A DNA stretch of 64,000 bases, from positions 36,704,001 to 36,768,000 of the forward strand of contig OX597817.1 in NCBI GenBank assembly GCA_951406725.2, given 5' to 3'. A program made the position numbers and the translations under genes. The stretch comes from Octopus vulgaris. Taxonomy: Eukaryota. The notes beneath the pieces were generated by a model. The model was not told the origin of the DNA. It was given only the letters and a program-made list of their open reading frames with translations, and searched no databases. Shown here piece after piece: positions 26,488-40,815 of this stretch (position 1 is its first letter; each line of letters opens with the position of its first letter).

Positions 26488-27785
26488 AATTATACTTCAC
26501 GATGTCGTGCAGCTACTGTTTATACCTCGCCCAGAGATTTATTATATGTGTAAATATATGTATATATACGTATGTGGTTACATATGTATATATACATATG
26601 TAACCACATGTGGATCGTTGGCGATCCATTCCCTCCGTCTTTGTTTTCTCTTGGACTTCCCCCGTCTCCTGTTTCTAACGAAAAGCTTAGCTCCAAACAT
26701 AGAACCACCTTTCTTTCACTCCCTGAACGTCTGCTATTACTTTGCATGTACCACGTCCTCGCGTTATAGTTTCTTTTGTGTTTTCTCTTCGTTTTTTTTT
26801 GCAGGTGGGATTAACTATTGCTTTAATACAAGTAAGTATACTAGTCCCATAATATTTGCTATTCAATATTTCATCTATTCAATAAAACAATCGCTACTTC
26901 ATTTCATTTTACTATATATACTATATATTCTGTATTCTACATTAATATTATAAAGGATATAAATAAAACATAAAAAACAGAGTTGGAATTCCTTTGAATA
27001 AAATATATCCATCCATACACAATCATACAAACCCCTTTACATATAAATATATAGACCAATGCATCTTATGCGTCTTAGTGATAGTCTGTTACATAATTAC
27101 ATAACACGAAATTCTGACGGAACCTATCTCTCCCATGCATTGGCGGGATGTGGTTTCCATTATATTTCACTATATAACATTTTAATTTGACTTAGGACAA
27201 ATGTTAGCGTTTACACAGGAGTGGAAGACATTTCATGCTATAAACACGTTTTGTAAAGTCTGAAGGTTTTAAATGAAAGGTAAAAGAGTCAGCATTGAAA
27301 TGTCTATGTAGCTTTATTACGAAAGTTCGATTAGTTGTTAAGAGAAAATTGTCTCTCTTTATTGCAGACAAGAGAAACATTAACACTGTTTTTCGAAATC
27401 CTATTACTTATTTCATATTAGTCGCCTTAGGGGTTGAATTGGTGCCAGGCAGGAAGAAAACATCAAAGTACCACAAGCGCCGTTTGTTTCTGATGGTTTT
27501 AAAGAAGATTTCAAAACAGATTTGTTAAGAAATGCGATATACAAAGAATATTCATTCTTCAACAGTTTTTGTCGACTGCTGATATTTCTCTGTGAGACTG
27601 CAAAACCAAGATCGTGTTTACAGTTAATAATCAAAGAAAATCCTCTATTGTTATTGTTTTGATGGTAGAATGATTATTTTCGGTGTAGTGACAAGCGTGA
27701 TAATTTACTAGCAGACCAAATGCGGTGTATGATTTCAATTCTAGATAGTGATGTTTTATTATTTAGCTACTGCTGCTTAACAATG

Positions 27786-27872
<87 letters not shown>

Positions 27873-27899
27873 ATAATGAAAATGGTAATAATAATAATA

Positions 27900-28538
27900 A
27901 TGACTGACGATATGTGTATCTCTGATCACGAGCAGACGTTGTGGGGGAGCATCATAGCCATGTGTTGAGAGGGATTCTTTTGGGATTTGAAAGCAGTATC
28001 AGGCAGTGTCTCTCATGGCTTCTGATCTTAACTCATTGGAAGTGTTATCATGTACTTTGTTTTGTCTTGGTATAAACAATGGGCTACAGCAAATATTCTG
28101 CTCAACACCACAGATATGCATGTCAGTTGTTTGACCTTAATCAACTGACCATGTCCCTTAGTGGCTGACAATATGTGCATCTCTGATCACGAGCAGAAGT
28201 AGTGGGGGAGCATCATAGCCATGTGTTGAGAGGGATTCTTTGGGGTTTGAATAATTCGCCTTTGGAAGCATGGGTGTTTCGTTCAAAATCCTTAAACAAC
28301 CCTTATTGAGGGACCTTTTGAGCGGGATGGGTTACTCGACGAGAAGATAATTCTAACTGGACCCCACCTGCAAGGTAATGCGTTGTTTATCTAGATATAA
28401 GATCATCACGTCACGCACGTATGGTTGTGATGCATGTGCCTAGTGTACCCTTATCAGACGGGTAGTCATGATGGGTACACTGGACTTCGTATATTTTACC
28501 CCAGTGTCACTTCGATGGCATGCACTGCTCTCTCACTC
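27900..28538. mobile_element. unclassified element embedded in (TAA)n, with internal ~85-bp direct repeat
   Basis: 27901-27985 is repeated at 28162-28247; TAA repeats at both flanks (27871-27900, 28539-28630). Confidence 0.55.
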
Positions 28539-28627
<89 letters not shown>

Positions 28628-28632
28628 TAGTA
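28539..28632. repeat. (TAA)n microsatellite
   Basis: direct reading. Confidence 0.97.
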
Positions 28633-29039
28633 ATTTGCGTACGGTGCTGTATATCATACAGTTGAGAGACGAGTGCTCAATACATATTGTGTCGTAGAAA
28701 ATGATATTTTCGTTCATACACAATACGAGGTTCATGCTACTACCATCTTCAGGCTAGAACTTTTATAACTGGGTATTTATACGTGGTGTATTTATATACT
28801 TTGCTATGTATGTGTGCGTGCGTGTATGTGTGCATGTGCGTGCGCATATGTATGTATGTGCGTACGTGTGCGTATGTGTATGCGTGTGTGTGTGTGTGTG
28901 TGGTATAACACCTGTGATTATTCATCGATTAGCTTTTGTAGTGTTTTTTTATTTCTTTCAATAGTTGGTGGTATGGTGTGTTATTTATTTGCTTAAGATT
29001 TGTCTACGAGCTGGTGATGGAGTGTGCTTTTTCGTTCGT

Positions 29040-29760
29040 GTGCAAGTTTTTGCATAAATGTTGTTTTGGTGAAAGGTTGTTTATGAATAAGTTATACGAA
29101 AAAATAATTATGGATGTTTCTACTGCGAGTAACTGTATCGCTAATGGATGTTACTTTTCACACATGAGTAATCCCAGGCGAAGGTTTTGTGAGTAAAATC
29201 TAAGTGTGTTCTTTCTTTTTTTTTAAAAAAAACATACCTGATTGCATGTGTGTGTGTGTGTGTGAGTTTGTATTTCTTTACAGTTCTTTGCCGTATGTTT
29301 TATATTTATTCAATGAATTATGCGTGAGTATATGTGTACGCAGCAGATTGTGGTTATTTGACTTTTATATGATTTTATGTTAATCTGCGATGGGTATTCG
29401 TTATTTTGCTAGTGGTCATAAAACAGAAATAAAAGTATGCGTGACAGCTTATTAGTTTCTTTGTAAACGTTTGCAAGTGGCATTAAGTCTGAAATTAATG
29501 AAATATGCATTGGAGATAATTGTGTTTATAATGAATGGGACTTTTATAGCCGAATGGTTTTGTTATATCGTGTCATCGTAGTAATAAATAAACATTTGTT
29601 ATTTATGATTTTTGCATGTGTGTCTTTGGTATGAGTGCATTGAAATGTTGTTTTGGGTACGAAATAAACTATTGCGTCTTACACCGTAAGTTAGGGAAGC
29701 TCAAATCTTCACTCTGACTTAAGGGATAGGCTCCATTTCCCGCTGCACACTGCAATTGGG
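29040..29760 (-). pseudogene. highly decayed Penelope-like RT/GIY-YIG remnant
   Basis: minus-strand fragments ...NNEYPSQIN (cf. L..NGYP...I) and ...LFINNLSPK (cf. FI....P.LN) in the expected order; heavily interrupted. Confidence 0.35.
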
Positions 29761-31288
29761 TCAACTGTTAATTGTTCTTTTTGTCTTTGAAATATAATGA
29801 TATCCTGAAAACAGAAATATATACAATACACATGTCAATGAGGAGCGGTTCGAATATTTTGGCGTTATGAATATCAGAGTAATATATCTATGTAATAAAC
29901 ATCAATTTGTCAATTTAATGTTCTATAAGTTTACTCATTTGCCGGATTCTGAATATTTGGCAGTGTGTGTATGGATTCTTCATTTGTTTTTCCCTTTAGG
30001 CCAGACCTAACTGAGCAGACCATTGGTCAACGGTATTCTACAAATATCAGTTTGTTTTTGCTATTGATATCTAAGTGAATCTTAAACTATGTTGACATTC
30101 TTCATTAAATGGTAAACATTTAATCGGTGAGAGTTTTGCTAGATTCATCAGGATGCTCAACTTCATAAAGGTTCCTTAGTGTCGGTAGTAAAATGACAAT
30201 TATAAAAAAGAGAATGTGAAAGAAATATGTAAACTGGTTTTATTAACAGAATCACCTTAAAGACAGGACGATTTGTGCTTGTATGAACCTCGCTCGTATT
30301 GCGGATCTCCGCTCGTACTTCAAGATATATATTCACACGAGTCTCGGCTCGTATAGCAAATTACTCCAGCTGCTAGTTTCTACTATTCCAAACAATTAAA
30401 CCTGTCGTTTAATGTACAAAATTACAGAAAAGCTATTATTTAGTAGTTTCATGCTTTAAGCTATATTATGTTGGCAGATTTATACAACAAGTTATGTATC
30501 TCTCAGCAAAATTTCAGGGTCAGTTAATAACGTTAGATATATTTACAAACCAGGACGATGGACTATGAGAGAACGTGAACAATGCGAAGAAGATTGATGC
30601 AAAAGTGGAACGAGTGAGAACGGAAAGAAAAATTTGGAAACCAAGATCTTTGTCTACTTTGGCTATAGAAACCATAATTAGTATAAAAATTCATGATATA
30701 ACTTCTTATTCTTTTTTCATTTATTAGATTTTTTATTACTATTGTCTACTTGACTAGCTCTTTGTTCTGAAGTATTTGTTATTAGTCTCGGTATGCCTAA
30801 GTAGAACTATGTATATATGTGTGTGTATGTGTATGTACAGAGAGAGAGAGATAGACAGAGAGGGAGAGAGAAAGATAGGGAGAGAGAGTGGAGGAGAAGG
30901 AGAGGGTGAGTGGGAGAGACGGAAAGAGAGAAAGAGATCAATTCTAAGTCTTTCCATCTGAGTAAAATATACTTTAGAGAAGAGGCATAATGACACAACA
31001 GCATAGCCCTTTTTTCTCCCCAATATTTTGGCTTCAAAGAAAAGATTCATCCTCATCGGATTGGCTTCGTTCACAAAGACTTCAGCTTGCCTTATTTTTA
31101 GAATTAATCGGATTTTTACATTCTTAGAGGGGAGATTTTGCATGCTAATTGAATTGATAATTGCTGTTAATCATAGTTTTTAACGCTCTATATTACATAA
31201 GGAAATCCCTATCTTAAAGTAGGTGAAGTTTGTTACATTCTATATTTACTACTTTCGTATCTTAGCTACTTTTTTACACCCAGATATA

Positions 31289-32553
31289 TTGGGTTGTTCC
31301 GAAAATAATGGCCGCCCTAAGTGTTGTGTTTTGAAACGCAATTTTATCATAGTATTTGAATTATATTTTAGGTGAAATTATTTTACTTGAAATTGATGTA
31401 TGCCCTTTAATAATTTTCTACTTATTTCAGGCAGAAAAGACTCTTGAAGCATAGGCGCCTTCAATTATGAACAAAAAATGACCGTCGCTTACTTTTCTTG
31501 CATGAATTCAAGCTTGGGCACAATGCCTCTGAAACTGCTGTCAATATCAACAGAGTATGCGAAGATGGGTCCACAAATGATCTCACAGTACGAAGGTGGT
31601 TTCAGAAATTCCGTAGTGATGATGAGAGCCCTGAAGATGAAGAAGACAGAGGACGGTCATGCAGTCTTGATAATGAACAATTGAAAGCAATTATTGAATA
31701 AAACCCATATCAGAGTGCCAGACAAATGTCTCAGGCACTTGATATCTGTATTGCAACGGTATTACGCAATCTTCAGAAAATTGGTACGGTGAAAAAGCTC
31801 GATAAATGGGTACCGCAAGAGCTCAACGAAAATCAAAATCTTCGGCGTTATGAAGTATGCTCCATGCTCTATCTGCGAAACACCAGTGATACTTTTCTTG
31901 AGTGAATAGTCACTTGTGACGAAAAGTGGTTCTTTTATGGTAAACGTAAACGATCAGGTCAATGGTTTGATTGTAATGAGTCCTCTAAACATTTCCCAAA
32001 GCCAGAGTTGCATCAGCAAAAGATTATGGTGACTGTCTGGTGGTCTGCAATTGGAGTTGTCCATTACAGCTTTCTGAAAGCCAATCAGAGCATTACAGCA
32101 GAGGTGTATTACAATCAACTCGCGGAAATGTATGCTCACTTGCAAAAAATGAGACCTGTATTGGTGAATCGGCGTGGCCCAATTCTGCTCCACGATAAAG
32201 CAAAGCCACATGAATGACGGTGCAGAAACTCAGACTTGGGAATCAAGGCTTTATCACATCCTCCATATTCTCTTGATCTTACACCCACTGACTACCATTT
32301 TTGAAGCATTAAAACACATTTTTAAGTGATAAAACTTTCAGGTCTAAACTAGAGGTAGAATGAGCTGTCAAATATTTCTTAGCATCAAAGCCAATAAGTT
32401 TTTATAAACGAGGCATAAATAATCTCGTTCATAGATGGCAGTGATGCATAGATGTTCACGGCTCATACTTTGACTAATCAAGACATTTATTGTTATTTTT
32501 TCCAGAATAAAATTATGTTTTCAAATTCGGCCATTAATTTCGGAACAACCTAA
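31289..32553 (+). mobile_element. full-length decayed mariner transposon (cecropia/Hsmar1-like)
   Basis: TIRs TTGGGTTGTTCCGAAAATAATGGCCG / CGGCCATTAATTTCGGAACAACCTAA, TA duplications at 31287-31288 and 32554-32555, 1265 bp long. Confidence 0.95.
31467..32477 (+). pseudogene. mariner transposase pseudogene
   Basis: HEFKLGHNASETAVNIN..TVRRWFQKF, KKLDKWVPQEL, IVTCDEKW, KIMVTVWWS, ILLHDKAKPH, HPPYSLDLTPTDYH; in-frame stops and frameshifts. Confidence 0.93.
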
Positions 32554-33414
32554 TATTTTCAAACATTCCGAATACAGTAGTGTTTTACTTCATGAAGCGA
32601 CAGCTCCTTTTTGTATTTTCGTATTCAATGATGCCTCGTTGCTGATTAACAAAGCTTGGAAACGAGAAACTTTTGCTTTATACCCTATGTGTCTGTCAGC
32701 ACACTCACACAAACACAAACATACATACCTATTTTCTGTGTTATACGCATAGTCACAAATATATACAGTCAAATTCATATCTAGTTTCTGATCGGTTCAT
32801 TCTGAAATTACATGTAAAACAAGAATTCATTAAAGCTCCTTATAATGCAAAATACTATACTATGTAAAATTTCACGCACTGAAAAAAGGAAAATAGAATG
32901 CACGAGTAATGATAGACACTCTATCAATTGTATAATACAAATGAAAATTTAACTCAGATACAGCATACGTAAAAAAAGTTTAAAAAAGCAACATAAAAGT
33001 AAGCAACAGTTTATTGTTAAACACTTCTGAATCCGGCAATGAGGATTTTGTTATTTTGCAATCATTCACATCATCTGCAGATACATTGGTAACAACAAAA
33101 TGTCGTTAACCGCGATCATAAATTCTTTCGAAGATCACGCCGAGAAGGTATTGAAATGTTAGTGAACTTTGGAAAGTTATTGATTGACATTCGATATAAA
33201 ATGCTTAATAAAGGACTAGGAATTTGTTTGTTTTTAATCGAGAGATAAAGCTCAGCGTCATGACTAATATATATTTGAAAGTAGTTGCTTATTTGCACAA
33301 ATTACACACACACACACACAGAGGAATGCACATAAATATATGTATATATAAATGTATATGTATGTTTGTGTGTATGTATATATATGTATATATCATACAC
33401 ACATATATAAAAAT

Positions 33415-33419
<5 letters not shown>

Positions 33420-33500
<81 letters not shown>

Positions 33501-33594
33501 CATATACATATATATATTTATTACATATACATATATGCATGTTTGTGTAAATGTATATAATATATACACACACACACATATACATATATATACA

Positions 33595-33665
<71 letters not shown>
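33420..33665. repeat. (TA)n microsatellite tracts
   Basis: direct reading. Confidence 0.9.
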
Positions 33666-33669
<4 letters not shown>

Positions 33670-34135
33670 ATGATTTACAACAGTATCTATATACAAATAT
33701 CCATATGTATATGTATACATACCCACACAAACACATATGTATATTCATTATACGCGAACAGATATAAAGATATAAAGGTATTAATATCTTCTTGCCATCA
33801 ATCCAAACATTTCCAATTACGGTGATGTCAGTATAGAGTAACTCAATAATCTTGTTTGGTTTTGCTGTATTTTTATCTAATTTAATACGTTTCTTAACGT
33901 TGATTAACTGAAATAGCATTTTGTTTTTATCAAAATTTACTTTGTCATCTTCTCTGAATTGCTGACAATAGCGCCTTTCTTATCAACTGACGTATGTATG
34001 TACATTTTTGTTTGTATGCGCTTCCATACGTATTCAAGCATTTGTTGGAGTCACACTTCCATCTTTTGTGTATCTTAGGTAATTTATGTAAGAAAATATA
34101 GATGCATGCGTGACTGTGTATATGTTTCTGTTATC

Positions 34136-34356
<221 letters not shown>

Positions 34357-34850
34357 TGTTTGTGAGTGTGTTTTGTGTCATGATATTTATATTTTTGCTT
34401 GTGATTCACATATTTGTCAATGTGTGTGTATGAGCTTGCGTGTGTGAGTGCATGTATGCATATGTGAATGCATGCATGTATATATGTATGTATGTATGTA
34501 TGTATGTGTGTATGTACGCGCATGTGCCCGTTTTTTTTGTTTCCCTCTATCTGAAACTATGCTTCTAAGTGCTCATCTGTGCCAATGTGTCTCCACGGCA
34601 GCTTCTAGGTCTGTATATGCTATGTGTACGTGGTGTACGTGAGCATTAAAATGTGTGCGTGTGTGTGTATGTATGTGTGTGTGTGAGAATATATCTTAGA
34701 ATTTATCTGTTTTCTATCTATGCTTTTACACATCGACTAAGGATGTCTACAAACCACTATCTGTACGCATATGTAAGGATGCATGCGCGCGCGTATGTGT
34801 ACGTGTGTGTCTGTTCTCACCATGAACATTTCTTTTTGTTTCGTTCACAG

Positions 34851-35260
34851 CAGGAGTAGCTGTGTGGTAAGTACCTTGCTAACCAACCACATGGTTCCGG
34901 GTTCAGTCCCACTGCGTGGCATCTTGGGCAAGTGTCTTCTGCTATAGCCTCGGACCGACCAAAGCCTTGTGAGTGGATTTGGCAGACGGAAACTGAAAGA
35001 AGCCTGTCGTATATATGTATATATATGTATGTGTGTATATATGTTTGTGTGTCTGTGTTTGTCCCTCTAGCATTGCTTGACAACCGATGCTGGTGTGTTT
35101 ACGTCACCGTCAGTTAGCGGTTCGGCAAAAGAGACCGATAGAATAAGTACTAGGCTTACAAAGAATAAGTCCCAGGGTCGATTTGCTCGACTAAAGGCGG
35201 TGCTCCAGCATGGCCGCAGTCAAATGACTGAAACAAGTAAAAGAGTAAAGAGTAAGAGAG
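34851..35260 (+). mobile_element. tRNA-derived SINE, family B (CORE-like segment, internal microsatellite)
   Basis: head AGGAGTAGCTGTGTGGTAAG...GGGTTCAGTCCC, CTTGGGCAAGTGTCTT segment, internal TA/TG tract, tail GGCGGTGCTCCAGCATGGCCGCAGTCAAATGACTGAAAC. Confidence 0.9.
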
Positions 35261-35417
35261 CATATATTAGGAATTCGTTATTCATTGTCTTTCCTACTTA
35301 AGGTGGAAGACAGAGTTTAGGTGTTAATTTCGACGAGTGAGATGTTAATTCCGACTCATGAAGCACCATCTTTGGCTCGAGCTACCTCTGATGGTATATA
35401 GGCGAATAGTTATAATC

Positions 35418-35590
35418 CATTCCACTATAAGCACAAGGCCTGAAATTTTGGTGAAGGGGACTAGTCGATTACGTCAACCCCAGTGTTTCGTTGGTAGTTA
35501 ATTTATCGACCTCGAAAGGAAGAAAGGCAAATTCGGCCTCGCTGGAATTTGAACTCAGAATGTAGCAACTGGAAAAGTATCACTAAGCAT
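35418..35590 (-). mobile_element. SINE family A, diverged copy
   Basis: reverse complement has TTCTGAGTTCAAATTCCAGCGAGGCCGAATTTGCCTTTCTTCCTTTCGAGGTCGATAAAT and the GGCCTTGTGC tail. Confidence 0.82.
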
Positions 35591-35837
35591 AAGTGAATAT
35601 TTATAATGATATATATATGACTAACTTTGTGAGTATGTGCGCGTGGAACTGTTTGTGCAGGCGTATATTTATGTCGTTATGCATACGTCCGTGTGTGTGT
35701 GTTTGTGTGTATTTGTATATATATATAAATATATTTATATATATGTGTGTGTGTATGTATATGTATATATCCATATATGCATATGTATATAAAGTATATG
35801 TATGTGTATATGTTTATGTATAGGTATGTACGTATAT

Positions 35838-35963
<126 letters not shown>

Positions 35964-36874
35964 GTGTGTGTGTATATACATATACATACATACACATATA
36001 TATACTTTATTAAAAAGCAGCAAAAATATCACAAAACCTGTTACTTAGAATTTCACGTTCCCGTTCGTCGGACATACATATATATCTATGTATAATATAT
36101 AATACATAATATATAATATTCAGATTAAAATAATAGTATATAAATATATTTTAGACCGTTATTTTAGTCTATTTTTCATATTTCATTTATAGTTTTATCT
36201 CTCTCTTTGTTATTTTTTTATTATTCAGGCTTTTCTTGGATCTCCGAATGCTCATATATCAACAATTACACTGAAGAAATACTTACCCACAAACAATAGA
36301 TTTTTATAATTTTATTATGGGGAAGAATCGAAACAATTATATGTAATTTTCATTTAATATCTATTTTCATTTAATATTTAATATTTATTTATTATATCAT
36401 ATTATTATAGGAATATAAAATATAATATTATGTTGATAAATTTGAATTTTTGAATTGACAATTGTATATCTCATTTTTTTTTCCATATATATATATAAGG
36501 TGATTATAATCAAAATAAGCAACAAGGATATCCAGAGGTAATGCAGTACGATCGTTGTGTGCGCTGTTGTGGGGGCTGGAAAATGGTTAGTGCTAGTGTG
36601 TGCGGTGTGGTGTGGTATGGTTTTGTGTGGTGTGATGGTATAGTGGTGGTGGAGAGGCGAGAGTGGGGAAAGCAAGGGTGGGGGTCTAAGGGATGTGGTA
36701 TGGGTGGGATCGGATGTATAGGGATGGTGGGATTAGAATGTGTAGGGGTGGGGTAACGAGGGAGGGAGTGATGATGAAGGGAGAGGGTGAAAGGGAGAAA
36801 GTGGGTTAGAGTGAAGATAGGAAGTTGATGCCAGAGCAAGAGAGGAGAGGAGGGTGGGAGGATGTAGGTGTGAG

Positions 36875-36908
<34 letters not shown>

Positions 36909-37009
36909 CACACATATATATGTGTGTGTGAGTGTCTATGCGTCTATGTATGTATATATTATATTATATATATACACACACACAGAGACACACACACACA
37001 CACACACAT

Positions 37010-37061
<52 letters not shown>

Positions 37062-37602
37062 GACCCAAGTACATATACCATTGTGTCTCCGACTCTTGTG
37101 CCCTTCTGATTTCTTTTGTCTGAATTTGTGTGCTGGTTTGTGCTTAAATTTTGTATTCATCTAAGTAGTTATGTCTCTACATGTAATGTGTCTACATAAG
37201 ATTATTCTTACTTGTGAAAGAAAGTCTGCACATATGAGTGCGTGTTTATGTGTCACTATCTTCACACGCGCATGCGTAATTGTTTGTCTTTCTCTACTTC
37301 TATTTGGTATGCCACCACTAAATGGATATATTTTATACTTCCCAATGAATTTGTTCTTGTTTTTGTTTTATGGTGTCCGTTTTCGCTCTTCGTTGACAGA
37401 TTCTTTTCTCTCTTTTTTTTCTCACATTCTCAGGGTCTCTATGTGTCACTTTTCTTTCGTTTTCTCTCTCTCTTGCTGTGATTGATTTGGTAATTTCTCA
37501 TCCCAATATTTTTTTCATAGCCATATATATATATATATTGTGTGTTAGCAATGATTTCCTGATTGACGAATACAAGTACCGTGTGCAAAAAGCATCATGA
37601 AA

Positions 37603-37842
<240 letters not shown>

Positions 37843-39021
37843 AGAACAATTAACAACGGAGATAAAAAAGAAGGAAAGAGAGAGAGAGAGGAACAGAAAG
37901 AGAGAGGGGAACATTTCTTTACTAGTCCAGGCTCAGACACAAATCTGTGACATGGTTCCGCGTGTCTGCTTTGATTTGAGATCGAAGCATATTCATTTCC
38001 CATATCTTGTTAATGTCTTTGAGAAAATCATAAACCTTACTCGACCCCATTTCCTTTCCCTGTAATTTCGCGGCCTTGTGCTTGTTTCTACAGTAATGTA
38101 TGACACAAATAAGCTTTGCTTGTTTTTGTTTTTGGTTTTGCGTTTGGATTTCGTTTATAGTTGTAATTTATGCCTTTGTCAATTTTGTGTAGGTTAGTAT
38201 TATATTTCATAGTTTAAGGGCAGCGAAGAAGGTTGTGGTGGTCATTGTGGCTGTTCTTATCGGTGTTATTGATGTTGCTTAAATTCATGTCAGCTCTGAT
38301 CAAGCAGACCTATAATCAAATACAATCCAGCCGTAACGACTGCGTCTTTTTGTTATTTTTTGCATAAAGTTTATTTAGGACTTCAGAAACTTTGTGCATT
38401 TTCTGAAGAGAGGTATTTATGATTCAAGGATGGGGACTCGGTTGCTATTTCTTTATTAGGATGAGTTACCGTTCCCGGACTCATCTGCTAGCAGTGGTAA
38501 ACAGATTCGCTAAGACGACGGACAAAATATCTTGCAGTGGCTTATTTTCATGTTTTTAGTTTCTAATTTGTAAATCTCGCCTAGTCACAGATCAAACTCT
38601 CTGTGACTTGCCCCATGTAATATCCATTTCTCTCAGCGCAACATCAACACCATATTCTTTTTGACGATCTAGATTTGGCATTCTAGATGATTTCCATTTA
38701 AATCCACATTATACCTTAGGTAATCTATCCCAGTCCATTCTGAATGATTTTGATTCTGAGTTCAAATTTCAGTGACATCGTTTTTGCTTTTAGGCTATTC
38801 TATACAAGATAAAGGAATTACCATTCATATATTTAGATTGCTTAATGGACGATTCCTCTTTATTGGAATTGTTTTAGTTTTTTGCCAAAGTATGTCACCA
38901 TTATTTTATTTCAGTATCTGTTTGTATATCCGGAGTTATATTTAAAGCAAAATACTCTTTCTTCTTTGTATTCACGTGGTTACTGCTTCAAAATTCATAA
39001 AATTAAAATATTTATTTTCAA

Positions 39022-40815
39022 CTAGCAGAGATACCCGGCGTTGCTCGGGATTAAATGGCATAGTTTGTATGTAATATATTACAGTTACGTTGAAACAGGG
39101 GATACTGGAAAGTGCAGCATTAACGAAAAGATATTTGTGGAGTAAATAATGGGCTAATTCGACTAAGCGATATGTTAGGCGTCCCTTTGGAATATTCCAG
39201 GTTCTAACCTCTCATGTAAAATTGGGGTCGGGGGTATGTAATTTTTTAACGCACCACAAAGTTGTTAGTGGATATACTCTCCATTGTGGCGGTCCGCGCT
39301 GAGTCTAACACGAGCCATCGTCTGAAACTTTGAGACTTCCTTTGGGTTTGTTGTCCTACATCACTCGTAAAGTAAATTTGGAGGAACTATGGAAGTTCAT
39401 TTGTGGGTAACAGGGAAGCAATGAGGTGATAGAATTGCCCTTGAAGTTTTAACGACGGGGTAAATCTATGTTCAACTATCTCTTTAGATGCATCATACAA
39501 TGTCATTTGAAATGCAGAGTTGTATTGTCTGATATTGTTTAGAAAATCCTTTAACTGAATGGAAGTGCTTTTCCATATAGCGCTGACAATCTTACCTTAC
39601 CACCTGAGTAGCACCTGCCATTAGTTTCTTTCGGAAATTTTAAAGCTTTGCAGAAACGTCAATTCGAGTTGAGCACGGCAATTTCGACACCATTATCATT
39701 TTATAAGAATGGAATGGGTCATATCTGAAAGTAGATCCAGGAATTGTGTAGAACAAATTTGTACGTTGTCTGTTTTTGGGAGCTGTTCTATTGGACTTCT
39801 GTTTAATCATGAAAATGCTGTTTTAATGATGCAGCATCATGTGTTGCCACATATCTTTGCTGATCTTGGGAAAGCCTCACCTCCCTTCTCTCTTGAGACC
39901 GCATCTGACATCCTGCAGCATGCGTCTGCTCATCTTGAGAAAGTCTCATCCTGTTTCTGTCTTTTAGACTCCATTTGATGTGCTGCAGCATGCGTTTGCT
40001 AATTTTGAGAAAGTCTCGTCTCCCTTCTCGCTTGAGACTCCATTTCATGTGCTGCAGTATGCCTTTGATGGACTTAGGAAAGTCTCGTCTCACTTCTCTT
40101 TTGAGATCCCAATTGATGTGTTGCAGCATGTCTTTGGTGGTCTAGGGAAAGTCTCATCTCCCTTATCTCTTGAGACTCCATTTGTTGTGCTGCAGCGTGC
40201 CTTTGGTGATCTTGAGAAAGTCTCATCTTCCTTCTCTTTTGAGACTCCATTAATTTAAGGGTAAATATCTAATTATAAATACATTGCAAACTTGCAACTG
40301 CTGCAATAATTATGAACTGGTAATTGAACGGTAAATGTGTATTTTTATATACCTTGGACCTGCCACCTCATTGTTTTTTGTCAAGAGTTTCACTTCCAGC
40401 ATTTGTTATGTCAATCAACACACATACACTGGCACACCATTCCGCTGCCATGGCGGTAAAGACGGAAAGTTGCCGATGCGTAATACTGTTCTCATTAGGA
40501 TATGAATTAGTCATTTATTTATCAAAATAGAATTAAAAGTGAAAGAATAAATGCGAAACAATATTATAGGCTTCGAATGAAAAGTGAAAGTCTGAAAGTG
40601 AGACAATAGTATATGATATTACAATATAGATCTTATTGTTTCACTTTTGACACGTAATACAGAACTTGTACCAACGTTATATTGTTTTAATCCAAATGAA
40701 AAAAAAATTTCACACACAGGGTCTAATATTATTAACTTGTAAAATTTGATTTGATTTAATCGAGCTGTTTGAGAATACATAGCGAACAAACAGACAGACG
40801 GATACACAGACAGAG

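Noticed and set aside
28695-28755. CTGAAGA...GAAA on the minus strand
   Set aside because: No convincing stem II closure, stem I or stem III
30280-30620. Repeated GCTCGTA motifs reminiscent of Tigger/pogo subterminal repeats
   Set aside because: No matching opposite TIR or transposase segment recognised
36220-36310. Possible small host exon after TTATTCAG
   Set aside because: No recognisable protein similarity and no partner exons; splice-like signals are common by chance in AT-rich DNA
39830-40258. Regularly spaced repeats that could suggest a CRISPR array or a plus-strand repeat protein
   Set aside because: Whole 69-bp units are homologous with no unique spacers, the context is eukaryotic, and the minus frame leads into a Helitron domain
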